64,000 nt of DNA from the NCBI GenBank assembly GCA_000165345.1, contig CM000431.1:576001-640000 (forward strand), written 5' to 3'. Positions 15,001 to 20,750 of this stretch are shown piece after piece. The notes below the pieces were generated by a model, which had not been told where the DNA came from, searched no databases, and saw nothing but the letters and a program-made list of their open reading frames with translations. The translations under genes and the position numbers were made by a program. The first letter of the stretch is position 1. The number at the start of each line of letters is the position of its first letter.

Positions 15001-18000
15001 AGAAGAAATAAAGGAATGTGCGGAACTAGTATACAATGGGGTCCCTGGATTGAACAAGGAATGGCAGCAAATCTTAAACAACATTTAGAGAAGGTTGGAA
15101 TGTATGGCATATCCAATGAATTGGGTATTCGTGTTTTGAACGACATTCTATGCTTTGTATCAAAAAGTAGCTCTGTTATTGGTTGTCAGTCACTGAAATG
15201 GGATACGTTTATGCGCCGTTACAATACGATACCAACATTTTTAAGTGAAGTCGATTACAGTTCTCAGGGTAGATCACAAGGTCGTGTTGACATAAGCAAG
15301 CTGTCTGACGAGGAATTGGTTGTTGTCATTGCTCAAGTTGCTCAACAGTGTGCTAGTTCTCCGACATTACCAAGCCCAGATACTGTTTTGTTAGATTTAG
15401 GATTGGATTCATTGGGAGCTGTTGAATTCAGGAATTCAGTACTTGAAATGACAGGAGTTAAATTGCCGCAGACACTTGTTTTTGAAAACCCTACAATATA
15501 TGCAATTTCTATGTATGTAAGGGATCAAAATTCAGGAAACTCTACAAAATCAGATTCTAAAAAACATTCCCAGACTTCAAACGAACAAGCAAAGATGACA
15601 ATTGAGCAGTGGCTTCTATCTTCACTCAAACAGTCAGAAAGGTATATTTTATATGCTGAAGCTTTTGAAAAAAAATACCAAACAATCAGTAATTTAATTA
15701 CTGAGACTGATATTATTAGTGCATTAGAAGAGTTGGGAGTTGAAAATAATCAGGATTATGATCTATTATATGTTTCTTGGAATGAATTAATTTCTTCTGA
15801 AGAGGAAAATAGTAAGAAGCAAAATGATAGCAATAGCAAAAAACTTGAACAGGAGTTAATATTCGATCCTATTGCGGATGTAGAAGAGATCAAAAATTCC
15901 ATGAAATTAGATTTGGATGGGATATCAACAACAACTGACCCATCAGAGTTCAAAACCGCACTTTTGACAGGTGTAACAGGATTTGTTGGTAGAATATTGC
16001 TCGTGAAACTAATTGAAGAGTTTAAGAATATGCAGATTGTTTGTCTTGTAAGAGCAAGCAGCTCTGAAAAAGGCTTAGAAAGAATAATTAATGTTTGTGA
16101 AGAGGCAGAAGTGTGGAATCCAACCTATGCTTCTAGGATTATTGTCGAATGTGGAAACTTCGAAGAGGAGTATTTAGGACTTTCAGAAGAGAGATATTAT
16201 GAATTATGTAAAGAAATCGACGTTGTTTATCATATTGGAGGTGATGTTAATCTATTAAGTAATTACAAGAGATTAAGAAAAACAAACACTCTTTCACTTG
16301 TTGGTATAATAAATTTTTGTACAACTATCAAGCTTAAGCACTTGCATTTCTCTTCTACACTTGGACAGTTTCCAGCATTTTTTGCGGTATTTACCAGGGA
16401 GTTTGAAAATGCAGTTGTTAAGGAAACAGAAGGGCCATCTACGAGAGAAATGAGCAGATTGTTTCCTCCTACAAGACAAGGGTATCCTTGGAGTAAGTGG
16501 GCAGCTGAACAAATATTAGAAACTGCTCATCAACAAGGACTTCCACTTTCAATTTACAGACTGCCAAATACATATATTGCATCAGATACAGGTTATACAA
16601 ACAAAACTGATTATGCAACAGCTTTATTGATCGCTTCAATTTTGGAGGGTATGTTCCCTATTGGTTCATCAACTGCGCCATTGACACCTGTTAATACAAT
16701 ATGTGAAATAATAATATCTGCATCTAAAAAGAAAGAAAGGAAGCATTGGAGATATAACTTATTAGACACAAGAATTTTAGGAAAAAAACATGTTGAAGCT
16801 TGGGCATCTCAATTAGGGCTAGGAAATTATAAAGGCGTTGCTATTGATGAATTCTTCAGTGCAATTAAAAGTAGAGGGCCAGAAAGCCCAATTTTCAAAT
16901 TTGTACCATTAATGCAATACTGGAGGCACTATTGGTTTGATAATACTGAAAGAACTCAACCTTTTCCAGTAGATACATCGAATGTTTCTGAAGATATGCC
17001 TGAAATTTCATGGCCACCGTTGGAGATTACTTTTCAAAACTCATTTTTATACTGCGCAAAAAGAGGTTATTTCCCATCAAACTCTTCTTCAATTTCCTTC
17101 ACTCCAATTAAATGTTACAGCGATGCTTTAAATGAAATTAAAGCAGAATTAAGTTTAAGAAATGTTAATTTCAACCAGAATAAGTATGATTTTATTTGCA
17201 GAAAAATGCAAAAAAATGCAGACTCGATTTACGATTCATTAAAAAAAGTTTCGCTCAATTTCTGTGCTAAATATTCTTACTACATACTTCTGAAGCAATC
17301 TATAGTAAATCAATATATTGTTCAAGAGTCCCTCAATGATTCAATTTTAGAAAAGTTTAAAATGATGGATTGCTACTTTATTACGGGAACATCGTTTGAG
17401 GAAATATTGGAGTTGAGAAGAGTAATCAGAAAACTACTAAATAATTATAATGAATTAAAATTTGTTGACATTGCTTGTCCTTATCTTCCAACGAAGAATT
17501 CAAGAAGACTTATTTTAGAACAACTAAAAATCGCAACATCTATTTTACCATTAAAAAGATTCGAAGCTGTGGATTTGGATGAAATATTGACAGACGACTC
17601 CATTTTGTTAGAAATGTTTATGTTTGCTCCGTTTACCTTACCATTGATATATGGAAAAGAGTATTTTGAAGAATACAAAAATAAAATTACAGGTTGTTCA
17701 GAGGTAATGGAAGCATATTCATCGTTTAAAAATTACATTATTCAAACTCTAATAAAGAATAATTACAATACTGAATATCCGATTATTTTTAGTTCTCCTT
17801 TCCATTTACCTTTTGTAAAAGAAATTTTACAGATTTTTGAGAACTCTAAAATTATTGTTGTTGATAATAAACCAGATAATTCGACCATTCAAGGGAAGTT
17901 GTCAATGGTAAAATCTTTAAAATCAAAATATACGAATCTAGATGTTAGCGAAGAAGAAAATTCAGAGGTATATTTGCTAGACATCCTTGAGGAAATGAAG

Positions 18001-18138
18001 CATAGATTTGTTATCAATGAACCCAGCATTGATAAAAATAGGCTAATTTATCTCAAAGATTTTGGAGAGATACACAATGAAAAGATAAGTGTACAGTTAC
18101 AAGATTTCTGTTCCACGAGTATAGACAGTAGATTTTAA
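1..18138 (+). CDS. Type I multifunctional fatty-acid/polyketide synthase, C-terminal ~6045 codons (5' end outside window), intronless
   Basis: The frame is open from nt 1; the track ORF starts at a GTG at 109 only because of the start-codon rule. Stop codon at 18136-18138. Domain order inferred from motifs: ER-KR-ACP, then two full KS-AT-DH-ER-KR-ACP modules, then an NAD(P)-binding thioester reductase and a ~370-aa C-terminal tail. This architecture (three full modules plus terminal reductase) matches what is described for the Cryptosporidium FAS1/PKS1 megasynthases; it cannot be assigned to FAS1 or PKS1 from this partial window. Confidence 0.9.
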   Translation, partial: NENICIPNNSGLWGLAKSANLEISSLLTNFSQPIKSVDLEITDFSDNQYLRKTIGSLVRWIGNFEYSSLKEKENLIFKFEREFSITSKNIYVNRINKFHKQIVGPVELFMQNRGSISNLSLIESEPIQLEKLNDYEVVMRVKSIGLNFRDVLNVMGLYPGDPGPPGGDCSGTVVAVGEGVKHIKVGDNVFGIAPGCLKTYVTTDSNLLCKIPKGFTFEQAAALPVVATTVEYSLKDIANIKKGDIVLVHAVTGGVGLMVVQYCKAIGAKVYGTAGSESKVEYALSNGVERVSSSRNADKFKEDMKDLEGKVDIVINSLIEDFIPNSLNLLKKGGCFVELGKRGIWTEEEMKEKRPDIKYKCVAVDVMMEEDPSWFGGMLTRIKNLAEEGIIESLPLKVFDMRGSDENGIDAFRYMQRAQHIGKVIIKIPYLAGIGDNSIPEECLITGGSGSLGLVLTETLLNEGITNISIISRSGIESQSDSIKAKWEKLFKRILNNKNGNSGIRFFNIDIGNKDSVYKLINTEFKNLKHIFHLAGVLSDSNIETQTRESIEEVFKPKAIGAWNLHNICEELGLNKELKTFVMYSSIASGLGNFGQTNYSAANSCLDSLSQYRVSKGLSSRSIQWGAWDEDGMAMNIRQHLGLVGMSPISKTTGQQVIFDLITTQIYEENRKSATIMCLPIKWKTYINTIYSGENIPQFSLVNTNLRTKRQQNTILLKMSKEERETYIEKQIISLSKSILGVEIKSLDQPLQDIGIDSLAALEFRNALSKKFNIKLSATTLFDYPTIRGIKDHISEKLSVKESIYETNKTQISNLILSQDNLSDDNVGVIAGLACRFPGGCNTPDTLWKSLIRGYSINPLSGKMFNSVGGAFCASREIPIQRWNHNLVYNADPDKTGKCYSYKACFIDSIDMFDNSKFGITNIEAKHMDPQQRIVLETCYEALVAAKIKEETLIGFQMGVFIGCCSNDWSFLQSRKGMAPFTGTGAANTTISNRVSYVFGMRGPSMTVDTACASSLTAACIAMDSFRNKECNGAIVGGVNALLSPNLFIAFCKARMLSVDGKCKTFDASADGYVRGEGCGAIVILKQSEQKKQNTPILGRIKGWGCNHVGRSASLTAPNGPAQTCVIKMALNQSKLNSSDIDYIETHGTGTALGDPIELGALKSVFGRNADYKRSTPLVLGALKSNIGHLEGAAGIAGLIKLVLVLKHETAIRIAHLTKINPHLDLEDFNVIIPQKTVSLKCNKNKLIGGVSGFGFGGCNTHVIVESTEKNKSEDIEAADFSKNHILFVFTGQGSQYINMCKGIYETEPIFRENMNLCNEIVSKILNISLLDIIYPIDGNKDAEFKAMNMLNDTRYAQPAIFAVEYSLAQLWISKGIKPDSVLGHSLGEFIAATISQVMTIEDALTLVTHRASIMASTPALDGIMVACRLTESQVVDTIKRFGLEESASLAAVNGQKSVTISGKKESVYKILEYNNVGSRFRRLDVSHAFHSPLVSEASDKFSKLLENIELKKPTVEFISTVTGKKEIESISTAKYWSKHILNTVRLSDAVYHAIESVNSRMTFIEITSKPILSQLLKALIPVNSSHISVKCTCKLVNSEIDFIQPLEEMQEFGSENSSFTNHANNLDDDSWRFKLLKRRQISWSDISHPIIAPLHDFNDIEWVKENISISKSNARELVEKLEFTCMISPELLDLFDNHKVLGQSILPGAAFVDFMATVALNYTKSQFTLGVIGAMPDWIQLKGIFFRNPFIMSSAKQYKYLNTQFDSQDYSDEDNSSRSSDFNIIMSKGNNCQISIESSLKMDEETVVYATCDEVEYVSSIEAQTKSLCIISEWPSSELISNSKKVSQEDIYEKMSIAGLQYGSRFKTLKEMWKVTSNSAVGIIQSELFTKNCAESPDNLAVYESIMNERGFTIHPTLLDGVLHMCASILGDQSDKETFNELHKRATMVPISINKCLITSKIDTSKYIKGEKYWAFVQLKSSDKDSAIVNVALKSMSGVPIAVLLGVSLRSVKNGVISTHTIKHVIPNELLWRIDWDEVIESITNSEIVSLPTKVNCDNTENESYQGINANLVEKRKVLLLTNSCNISKKELYSEYFTADIVCEASKLSLAEIEATIYGRDDQELPPSPSNEAKYDLICLHIPNSDKNKAIVSLLPVLYLCKILRSMFENKERLIPRVRIITENIFNVDGMNLEFRTNSGVAPFIKSARQELELFSDQSVSLGLIDIETAEDLNKAIILSFVKDILCFKKREDITSNGTLTESQRLFLNTEYEPELVLKKKIKGKEDNCEAHYRIITPKLVSLRGEAAIIGSCKLNLSSRGAINNLELLPLSNEERKCPSANTVEIRVRSIGLNFRDVLNVMGLYPGDPGPPGGDCSGTVVAVGEGVKHIKVGDNVFGIAPGCLKTYVTTDSNLLCKIPKGFTFEQAAALPVVATTVEYSLKDIANIKKGDIVLVHAVTGGVGLMVVQYCKAIGAKVYGTAGSESKVEYALSNGVERVSSSRNADKFKEDMKDLEGKVDIVINSLIEDFIPNSLNLLKKGGCFVELGKRGIWTEEEMKEKRPDIKYKCVAVDVMMEEDPSWFGGMLTRIKNLVEEGIIESLPLKVFDMRGSDENGIDAFRYMQRAQHIGKVIIKIPTPFKYLELDTENHKLNNVGSEKEDRHNNEYGIHVITGGLGGIGRIIIKWMLEEGVRKIAILSRSANNDSLRDIPEIKDYLNTDIIQIECIKCDVSILSQVESAFREILVKFGETNQIHGIFHAAGILMDGAIASQTMEMMESVYAPKVYGAWNLHECCEKFDLNKNLKHFVMFSSVASLLGNFGQTNYSAANSCLDSLVEYRRNKGMCGTSIQWGPWIEQGMAMNIKQHLEKVGMHGISNEMGIRVINDVILYQNTDLDKNSLGKYPVITCQSFNWNVYMRQLYYNSKYPSFFKDVVASMSTGEVKNIGMDFRGMSKEEVYSYVKDSVHNIVEQIIGIQSSTLDLDTPFSELGMDSLSAIELRNALISRFGIKISSTALFDYPTLRSIIQHLTDSLYVSETRDAFSDLGMSISEREYSVAIIGVSCRLPGRVKSFNDLYEIVLLKSKDCITEIPLDRWPFDLYYDPDPDNRSKSYVNQGAFITDIDLFDNTFFGLSSTEATNVDPQQKYMLEVAYEAMYNSGITKRSLTSIKKTAKTGDDPVLMGVFIGCCNTDWHFLQAKFGFENFTSYTGSGGASSLVSNRVSYSFGFRGPSQTIDTACSSSLVAMDAALKSLKEGSCHTALVGGVNLMLSPHLFVAFCRARMLSPDCRCKTFDASANGYVRGEGCGAILLTKRSEIGGKKIRPIAYVLGSATNHNGRSASLTAPNGPSQTEVIQNALRNARLTPNDIDYLESHGTGTPLGDPIEFGALKTVFGNKKDIKRSQPLILGALKTNIGHLEGAAGVSGLLKLILVLKNRIAPKILHFQKLNPHIDTENFDVEFPTELKPIISNKSKLVGGVSSFGFGGCNSHVILESASANELNTESSQNKNYPYLIFAYTGQGCQYINMCKQLYDTEEVFRNEMDKCNELLYPILGRSLISTIYCEKTMESEKLINHTSISQPAIFSIEYSLTKLWESKGIVPSAVMGHSLGEFAAAVTSGILCLKDAITLVARRAEIMASLPQNDGIMVACRVSEDQVLDSINKLNLKDSAAVAAINGPKSVTISGSRSSVMQVLNNLGMEDRYKQLDVSHAFHSPLVSSAEEKFEKVIENIQFFEPKLTFFSSVTGNIESKLLIENKYWAQHIIHSVRYYDALETAISTDEENIAIIEIGPKSVLTSMGKQAVGGIQLVQSSNENISNNELTWIPTIDNSKSNTIDFNDALKAAREYIKYISESVCVHKWNHSRFHWADLTSVHPLLGKFYSSISDENYLAYSTDMLKSKVFKNIVEDHVIFDTNIIPAAALIEASACAAFKLQRSEKFPSKYVEMDSMDIEKPLVSNQDETTSEMEVFVAKSGAIQIRKKCISEAFEYEEEFSGPQIIANDTVFSNSRIYHHASISNSRILSKDEVDKQCFPNLVDYLEKYSSKDTMEVPIDNIYKMMNEIGLQYQKNYQCLKTVKVKIDNSNDEKKIKSSGSNQINEVFCYVKRPISDFDLTELRIHPGMLDSVFQASSVLFASDELLEGKDTTKNKRGHVAMAPIGFTKCFYGRIQHNSDVWGLVKLNRFEKKGNIAFIDVTLWDSKTNILAAHFQDLILKGFSNAASLLSQEVRIPNQFLWRTYNKKIVDRTNYIENSSTFEQENKEDQDKEFNSEDSDHDNQIQKILIFGIPTVIKELICSKMDNKYKKISTTFICLEEDLTIDLIDQKIQEENWSAMFYLGGLMDNLSSKQVMGDILKISQVISTISVSITTAPFVCLTSFNDCKEDGNIPRHSGIKGFVKTARVELENVIGKSINISHIECNSSLVNDPETLMRTISYIASIYEGKIEEEITLERDLTISESGIYAPRLESINFPVFGAIKLTMSSRGAIGNLKFKPQPQSERVNPPANTVEIRVRSIGLNFRDVLNVMGLYPGDPGPPGGDCSGTVVAVGEGVKHIKVGDNVFGIAPGCLKTYVITDSNLLCKIPKGFTFEQAAALPVVATTVEYSLRDIANIKKGDIVLVHAVTGGVGLMVVQYCKAIGAKVYGTAGSESKVEYALSNGVERVSSSRNADKFKEDMKDLEGKVDIVINSLIEDFIPNSLNLLKKGGCFVELGKRGIWTEEEMKEKRPDIKYKCVAVDVMMEEDPSWFGGMLTRIKNLVEEGIIESLPLKVYDMRGSDENGIDAFRYMQRAQHIGKVIIKIPTPFKYLELDTENHKLNNVGSEKEDRHNNEYGIHVITGGLGGIGRIIIKWMLEEGVRKIAILSRSANNDSLRDIPEIKDYLNTDIIQIECIKCDVSILSQVESAFREILVKFGETNQIHGIFHAAGILMDGAIASQTMEMMESVYAPKVYGAWNLHECCEKFELNKNLKHFVMFSSVASLLGNFGQTNYSAANSCLDSLVEYRRNKGMCGTSIQWGPWIEQGMAANLKQHLEKVGMYGISNELGIRVLNDILCFVSKSSSVIGCQSLKWDTFMRRYNTIPTFLSEVDYSSQGRSQGRVDISKLSDEELVVVIAQVAQQCASSPTLPSPDTVLLDLGLDSLGAVEFRNSVLEMTGVKLPQTLVFENPTIYAISMYVRDQNSGNSTKSDSKKHSQTSNEQAKMTIEQWLLSSLKQSERYILYAEAFEKKYQTISNLITETDIISALEELGVENNQDYDLLYVSWNELISSEEENSKKQNDSNSKKLEQELIFDPIADVEEIKNSMKLDLDGISTTTDPSEFKTALLTGVTGFVGRILLVKLIEEFKNMQIVCLVRASSSEKGLERIINVCEEAEVWNPTYASRIIVECGNFEEEYLGLSEERYYELCKEIDVVYHIGGDVNLLSNYKRLRKTNTLSLVGIINFCTTIKLKHLHFSSTLGQFPAFFAVFTREFENAVVKETEGPSTREMSRLFPPTRQGYPWSKWAAEQILETAHQQGLPLSIYRLPNTYIASDTGYTNKTDYATALLIASILEGMFPIGSSTAPLTPVNTICEIIISASKKKERKHWRYNLLDTRILGKKHVEAWASQLGLGNYKGVAIDEFFSAIKSRGPESPIFKFVPLMQYWRHYWFDNTERTQPFPVDTSNVSEDMPEISWPPLEITFQNSFLYCAKRGYFPSNSSSISFTPIKCYSDALNEIKAELSLRNVNFNQNKYDFICRKMQKNADSIYDSLKKVSLNFCAKYSYYILLKQSIVNQYIVQESLNDSILEKFKMMDCYFITGTSFEEILELRRVIRKLLNNYNELKFVDIACPYLPTKNSRRLILEQLKIATSILPLKRFEAVDLDEILTDDSILLEMFMFAPFTLPLIYGKEYFEEYKNKITGCSEVMEAYSSFKNYIIQTLIKNNYNTEYPIIFSSPFHLPFVKEILQIFENSKIIVVDNKPDNSTIQGKLSMVKSLKSKYTNLDVSEEENSEVYLLDILEEMKHRFVINEPSIDKNRLIYLKDFGEIHNEKISVQLQDFCSTSIDSRF
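409..1290 (+). other. Enoyl reductase (ER, MDR/zinc-ADH-like) domain, module A
   Basis: VVMRVKSIGLNFRDVLNVMGLYPG...; NADPH fold motif VHAVTGGVGLMVVQYCKAIGAKVYGTAGS. Confidence 0.8.
451..1270 (+). repeat. Intragenic direct repeat copy 1 (ER coding segment, ~0.82 kb)
   Basis: Nucleotide sequence from gtattaaatgttatgggattgtatcccggt... onward is near-identical to 7075-7900 and 13561-14386; only a handful of substitutions. Confidence 0.9.
1318..1930 (+). other. Ketoreductase (KR) domain, module A
   Basis: Rossmann motif ITGGSGSLGLVL; SDR-type YSAANSCLDS region. Confidence 0.75.
2160..2390 (+). other. Acyl carrier protein (PP-binding) domain, module A
   Basis: LGVEIKSLDQPLQDIGIDSLAALEFRNAL with phosphopantetheine-site Ser in DSL. 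Confidence 0.8.
2476..3815 (+). other. Ketosynthase (KS) domain, module B
   Basis: Active-site Cys in TVDTACASSL; HGTGTALGDP and NIGHLEGAAG His motifs. Confidence 0.85.
3850..4740 (+). other. Acyltransferase (AT) domain, module B
   Basis: FTGQGSQY entry motif; GHSLGEF active-site Ser. Confidence 0.85.
4930..5800 (+). other. Dehydratase (DH, hot-dog) domain, module B
   Basis: HxxxGxxxxP motif HKVLGQSILPGAAF; C-terminal LDGVLHM segment. Confidence 0.7.
7039..7905 (+). other. Enoyl reductase (ER) domain, module B
   Basis: Same motifs as ER of module A; nucleotide sequence almost identical. Confidence 0.8.
7075..8580 (+). repeat. Intragenic direct repeat copy 2 (ER+KR coding segment, ~1.5 kb)
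   Basis: Near-identical to 13561-15066 over ~1.5 kb, and to copy 1 over the ER part. Offsets between copies are 6624 and 6486 nt. Confidence 0.9.
7990..8600 (+). other. Ketoreductase (KR) domain, module B
   Basis: ITGGLGGIGRII Rossmann motif; YSAANSCLDS. Confidence 0.75.
8870..9080 (+). other. ACP domain, module B
   Basis: LDLDTPFSELGMDSLSAIELRNAL. Confidence 0.8.
9160..10480 (+). other. Ketosynthase (KS) domain, module C
   Basis: IDTACSSSL active-site Cys; HGTGTPLGDP; NIGHLEGAAG. Confidence 0.85.
10520..11400 (+). other. Acyltransferase (AT) domain, module C
   Basis: YTGQGCQY; GHSLGEF. Confidence 0.85.
11590..12420 (+). other. Dehydratase (DH) domain, module C
   Basis: HPLLGKF...IIPAAALIEAS hot-dog motif; IHPGMLDSVFQ. 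Confidence 0.65.
13525..14390 (+). other. Enoyl reductase (ER) domain, module C
   Basis: Third near-identical ER copy. Confidence 0.8.
13561..15066 (+). repeat. Intragenic direct repeat copy 3 (ER+KR coding segment, ~1.5 kb)
   Basis: See copy 2. The copies diverge at ...aaacaacatttagagaaggttggaatg... Confidence 0.9.
14475..15085 (+). other. Ketoreductase (KR) domain, module C
   Basis: Nucleotide sequence identical to the KR of module B over about 0.6 kb. Confidence 0.75.
15300..15500 (+). other. ACP domain, module C
   Basis: LLDLGLDSLGAVEFRNSV. Confidence 0.8.
15940..17000 (+). other. Terminal NAD(P)-dependent thioester reductase (R) domain
   Basis: LLTGVTGFVGRILLVKL glycine-rich NAD-binding motif immediately after the last ACP; YPWSKWAAE (Y..K) region. 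This is the chain-release domain expected at the C-terminus. Confidence 0.7.
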
Positions 18139-18184
18139 ATTAGAAATGATGTTCGAACTAGTTAGATTTCTGTTTTAAAATTAT

Positions 18185-19339
18185 TTATTCAAAAGTTTCA
18201 TTTGAAAATAATAATGACGCAGCTAATTCAGTATTTCCATTTGTAGCTCTTAATGCATTAATTACCTGGCTTTCAGAAAACCCTAGTGATAAAAGTTGAA
18301 GTTTTTTCCCCTGTTCAAAGCATTGATCATATTCATTATTTGAATTTATTTGACTAATTTCACTATTTATTTCGGATTCAGATAAGAATTGTACCTTTTC
18401 ATCTCCAATAATTAGTGCATTTTGATGCAAGTCAATACAACATTGATACCTTTTAAGTAAATCCAATCCAAATAGGAAATCCACATGACTTTCTTCAAGT
18501 ACTGTTATTGAGAATGGAAAGAAGGAATTTCCAATTTTCATTTGAGCAACGTGTATTTTACCAACAATTTTACTTGTGCCCACACCTTGTGCAATTCCAC
18601 TAAACCTATAGTCTATTAACCTCACGAGGTTGCACTTTTCTGCACATTTTTTAGACATAATTGTTGTTTGCGCACCACTATCAACAAACGCTTTAATTGA
18701 GATTCCATTAACTTCTGCATTTATATATAGCATGTGAACTTGCGTAAAACTTTCTGGTAAATGGTCTTGCGCCAAAATTAAATTTTCTTCAACATTTTGT
18801 TTTCTTACTTGCTCTTCAATTAACCTTTGATATTCTGGGCTTAAAGGGTCCAAATTATACAAATTTGAGCTTGAATTTGAACTAGAAGAAATAGAGTTCA
18901 GATTTCCGGAAAAGTAGTCATTTTTTATTAGTTCTGTAAAACTTTTAATATCATCTTTATCAATTGAATCTCTATATTTACTTGATTTTGAGTAGTATAC
19001 TGATTTTAATGATTGATCTTCTTTAATTTTTGTGAAAAGCTCTTTTGAAAGCAATTGAATCAGATTTTCACGGTCATTCAAAGAAAAATTAGAATTTTCA
19101 AAGGTATTTTTATTGGTTTTTTCTGATAATACAAATATTGAGCCTTCATTTACAATATCAGATAATACGAATCCATCATTTTTCAAAATTTTACCTTCAA
19201 TTGAGAGCTCGTAATTCTTAAAACTATCTAAGTTAAGTTCAATTTCAATAAGCGATTTTAAAACCTCAACAGTAGTTTCTTCATGGATTTCAACTGAGAT
19301 GAGCTCTCCTGTTACGCTATAGAAAATATTCACTTTCAT
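18185..19339 (-). CDS. DDI1: DNA-damage-inducible protein 1 (Ddi1)-type shuttle factor: N-terminal ubiquitin-like domain, retropepsin-like aspartyl protease, C-terminal UBA
   Basis: ATG at 19339. Retroviral-type protease motif FVDSGAQTTIMS; UBL-like N-terminus; UBA-like C-terminus ...QVINALRATNGNTELAASLLF. Confidence 0.8.
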   Translation of the reverse strand: MKVNIFYSVTGELISVEIHEETTVEVLKSLIEIELNLDSFKNYELSIEGKILKNDGFVLSDIVNEGSIFVLSEKTNKNTFENSNFSLNDRENLIQLLSKELFTKIKEDQSLKSVYYSKSSKYRDSIDKDDIKSFTELIKNDYFSGNLNSISSSSNSSSNLYNLDPLSPEYQRLIEEQVRKQNVEENLILAQDHLPESFTQVHMLYINAEVNGISIKAFVDSGAQTTIMSKKCAEKCNLVRLIDYRFSGIAQGVGTSKIVGKIHVAQMKIGNSFFPFSITVLEESHVDFLFGLDLLKRYQCCIDLHQNALIIGDEKVQFLSESEINSEISQINSNNEYDQCFEQGKKLQLLSLGFSESQVINALRATNGNTELAASLLFSNETFE

Positions 19340-19362
19340 TTTATTTATTTACAAATCTTCGA

Positions 19363-19370
19363 TGGCGGGC
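19363..19370. promoter_or_regulatory. TGGCGGGC box upstream of DDI1
   Basis: gatggcgggcatgcaacgcactcgagc is a GC-rich island about 25 nt upstream of the DDI1 ATG (minus strand). Confidence 0.3.
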
Positions 19371-19553
19371 ATGCAACGCACTCGAGCTGTTATTTGCACA
19401 CTTAAAATCAAAGTGGCAAAGAAAAAAACCTAGTGGGAAGTTAAGTTCAATAAAAAGTAATTGATCAGAGCAAGTATAGCAATCTAAAATAAATACAATT
19501 TTAAGCTATTAAAATATTATGCGTACGATAACCGATCTTTTTCAAAATAAATC

Positions 19554-20309
19554 CTACTCGGCGCTTGCAAGGTCATCTATGTATTTCTCGACACGCTCGT
19601 TGAGCAAATTTATTTGTTTTTCAGGAACTATAGAAAATTGGAAATCCGATCCAGGGCCAATGAAAGCCATTTCTAGTTCAAGGTTTTTTGATGCTCCTTC
19701 CTCTCTAGATTGTATTATCACTCTTGCAGCCTCGTATAACGCGTCTTCCTCGGATAAATTTTTCTCCATTAGTTTTTCTAGGTCAGTTCTTGCAAACTGT
19801 CTACCTTTACCAACCGCCATTGCGCAGTATTTATAGCATGAGCCGGATGGATGAATACAATATAGCTCAACACCTCTATCCTGGTCAAGCCCCCCCAGGA
19901 GTATTGAACAACCGAACGGTCGAACGGAACCATAAAGAGTAAAGTTATGCATATACATTGCAATTCTCTCTGCTAACACGCGTATTGGTATAGGATTCCC
20001 ATAGATTTTTTGATAATTTAACGACTCTGAACGTGCTATTGAAACGATCTTGTTCGAATCCGTAACAAATCCAGCAACACAACAACCAATCTGATTATCT
20101 ATCGCAAAAACTCTTCTGTTAGTACCTGCTACCATCATTTTGCTAGCAACATATTTGTCTACAGCAAAAACAATACCAGAGTTGTAAATCATTGCAATAG
20201 TTGTTCCACTATTGTCAACAGCTTTGTTTGCATATTCGACTTGGAAGACACGACCATCAGGAGAAAAGGTAGAAACTGATGAGTCATATCCAGATCCTAC
20301 ACTAGTCAT
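19554..20309 (-). CDS. PSMA3: 20S proteasome subunit alpha type-3
   Basis: [31 protein letters not shown]... aligns residue by residue with human PSMA3 ([31 protein letters not shown]). The track ORF begins at an upstream GTG (20321); the first ATG is at 20309. Confidence 0.9.
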   Translation of the reverse strand: [251 protein letters not shown]

Positions 20310-20660
20310 ACTTGACAACACAATTCAAGAGCAAGATCAATTTCTTTTCGTAAATATTATTTCGATAAAGTTACGAGAATTTTATCAGTTTAAAAACTAT
20401 CCCCACAATGATTCAAAGTAACTAAGTAGCGGGTAGTGTTAGCTTGAATATGATTGTTCACTATCCCCTCGTAATTGCTTCTAATTTGGTAACAAGTATG
20501 ACTTATAAATTAACGAAATTGATAAATTAGAATAGTATTACTCATATTTTTGAATAGATTTAATTCAAATCATTTTGATTAATATTTCACAAAACTTTTT
20601 TAGTGATGCGAATTTATAAACTAAAATATTTCGAATTCTAATATTAATAGTTGATTAAAC

Positions 20661-20750
<90 letters not shown>

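Noticed and set aside
1-18138. Bacterial modular PKS biosynthetic cluster
   Set aside because: The flanking genes are eukaryotic (proteasome, Nup98-96, spliceosomal introns, RPA, ribosomal proteins). There are no tailoring or transport genes, and the ORF has eukaryotic AT-rich codon usage. It is an apicomplexan-type FAS/PKS megasynthase.
20053-20062. tRNA-like T-arm motif GTTCGAATCC
   Set aside because: It is embedded in the PSMA3 coding sequence with no matching acceptor or anticodon stems around it. No tRNA or rRNA genes were recognised anywhere in the window.
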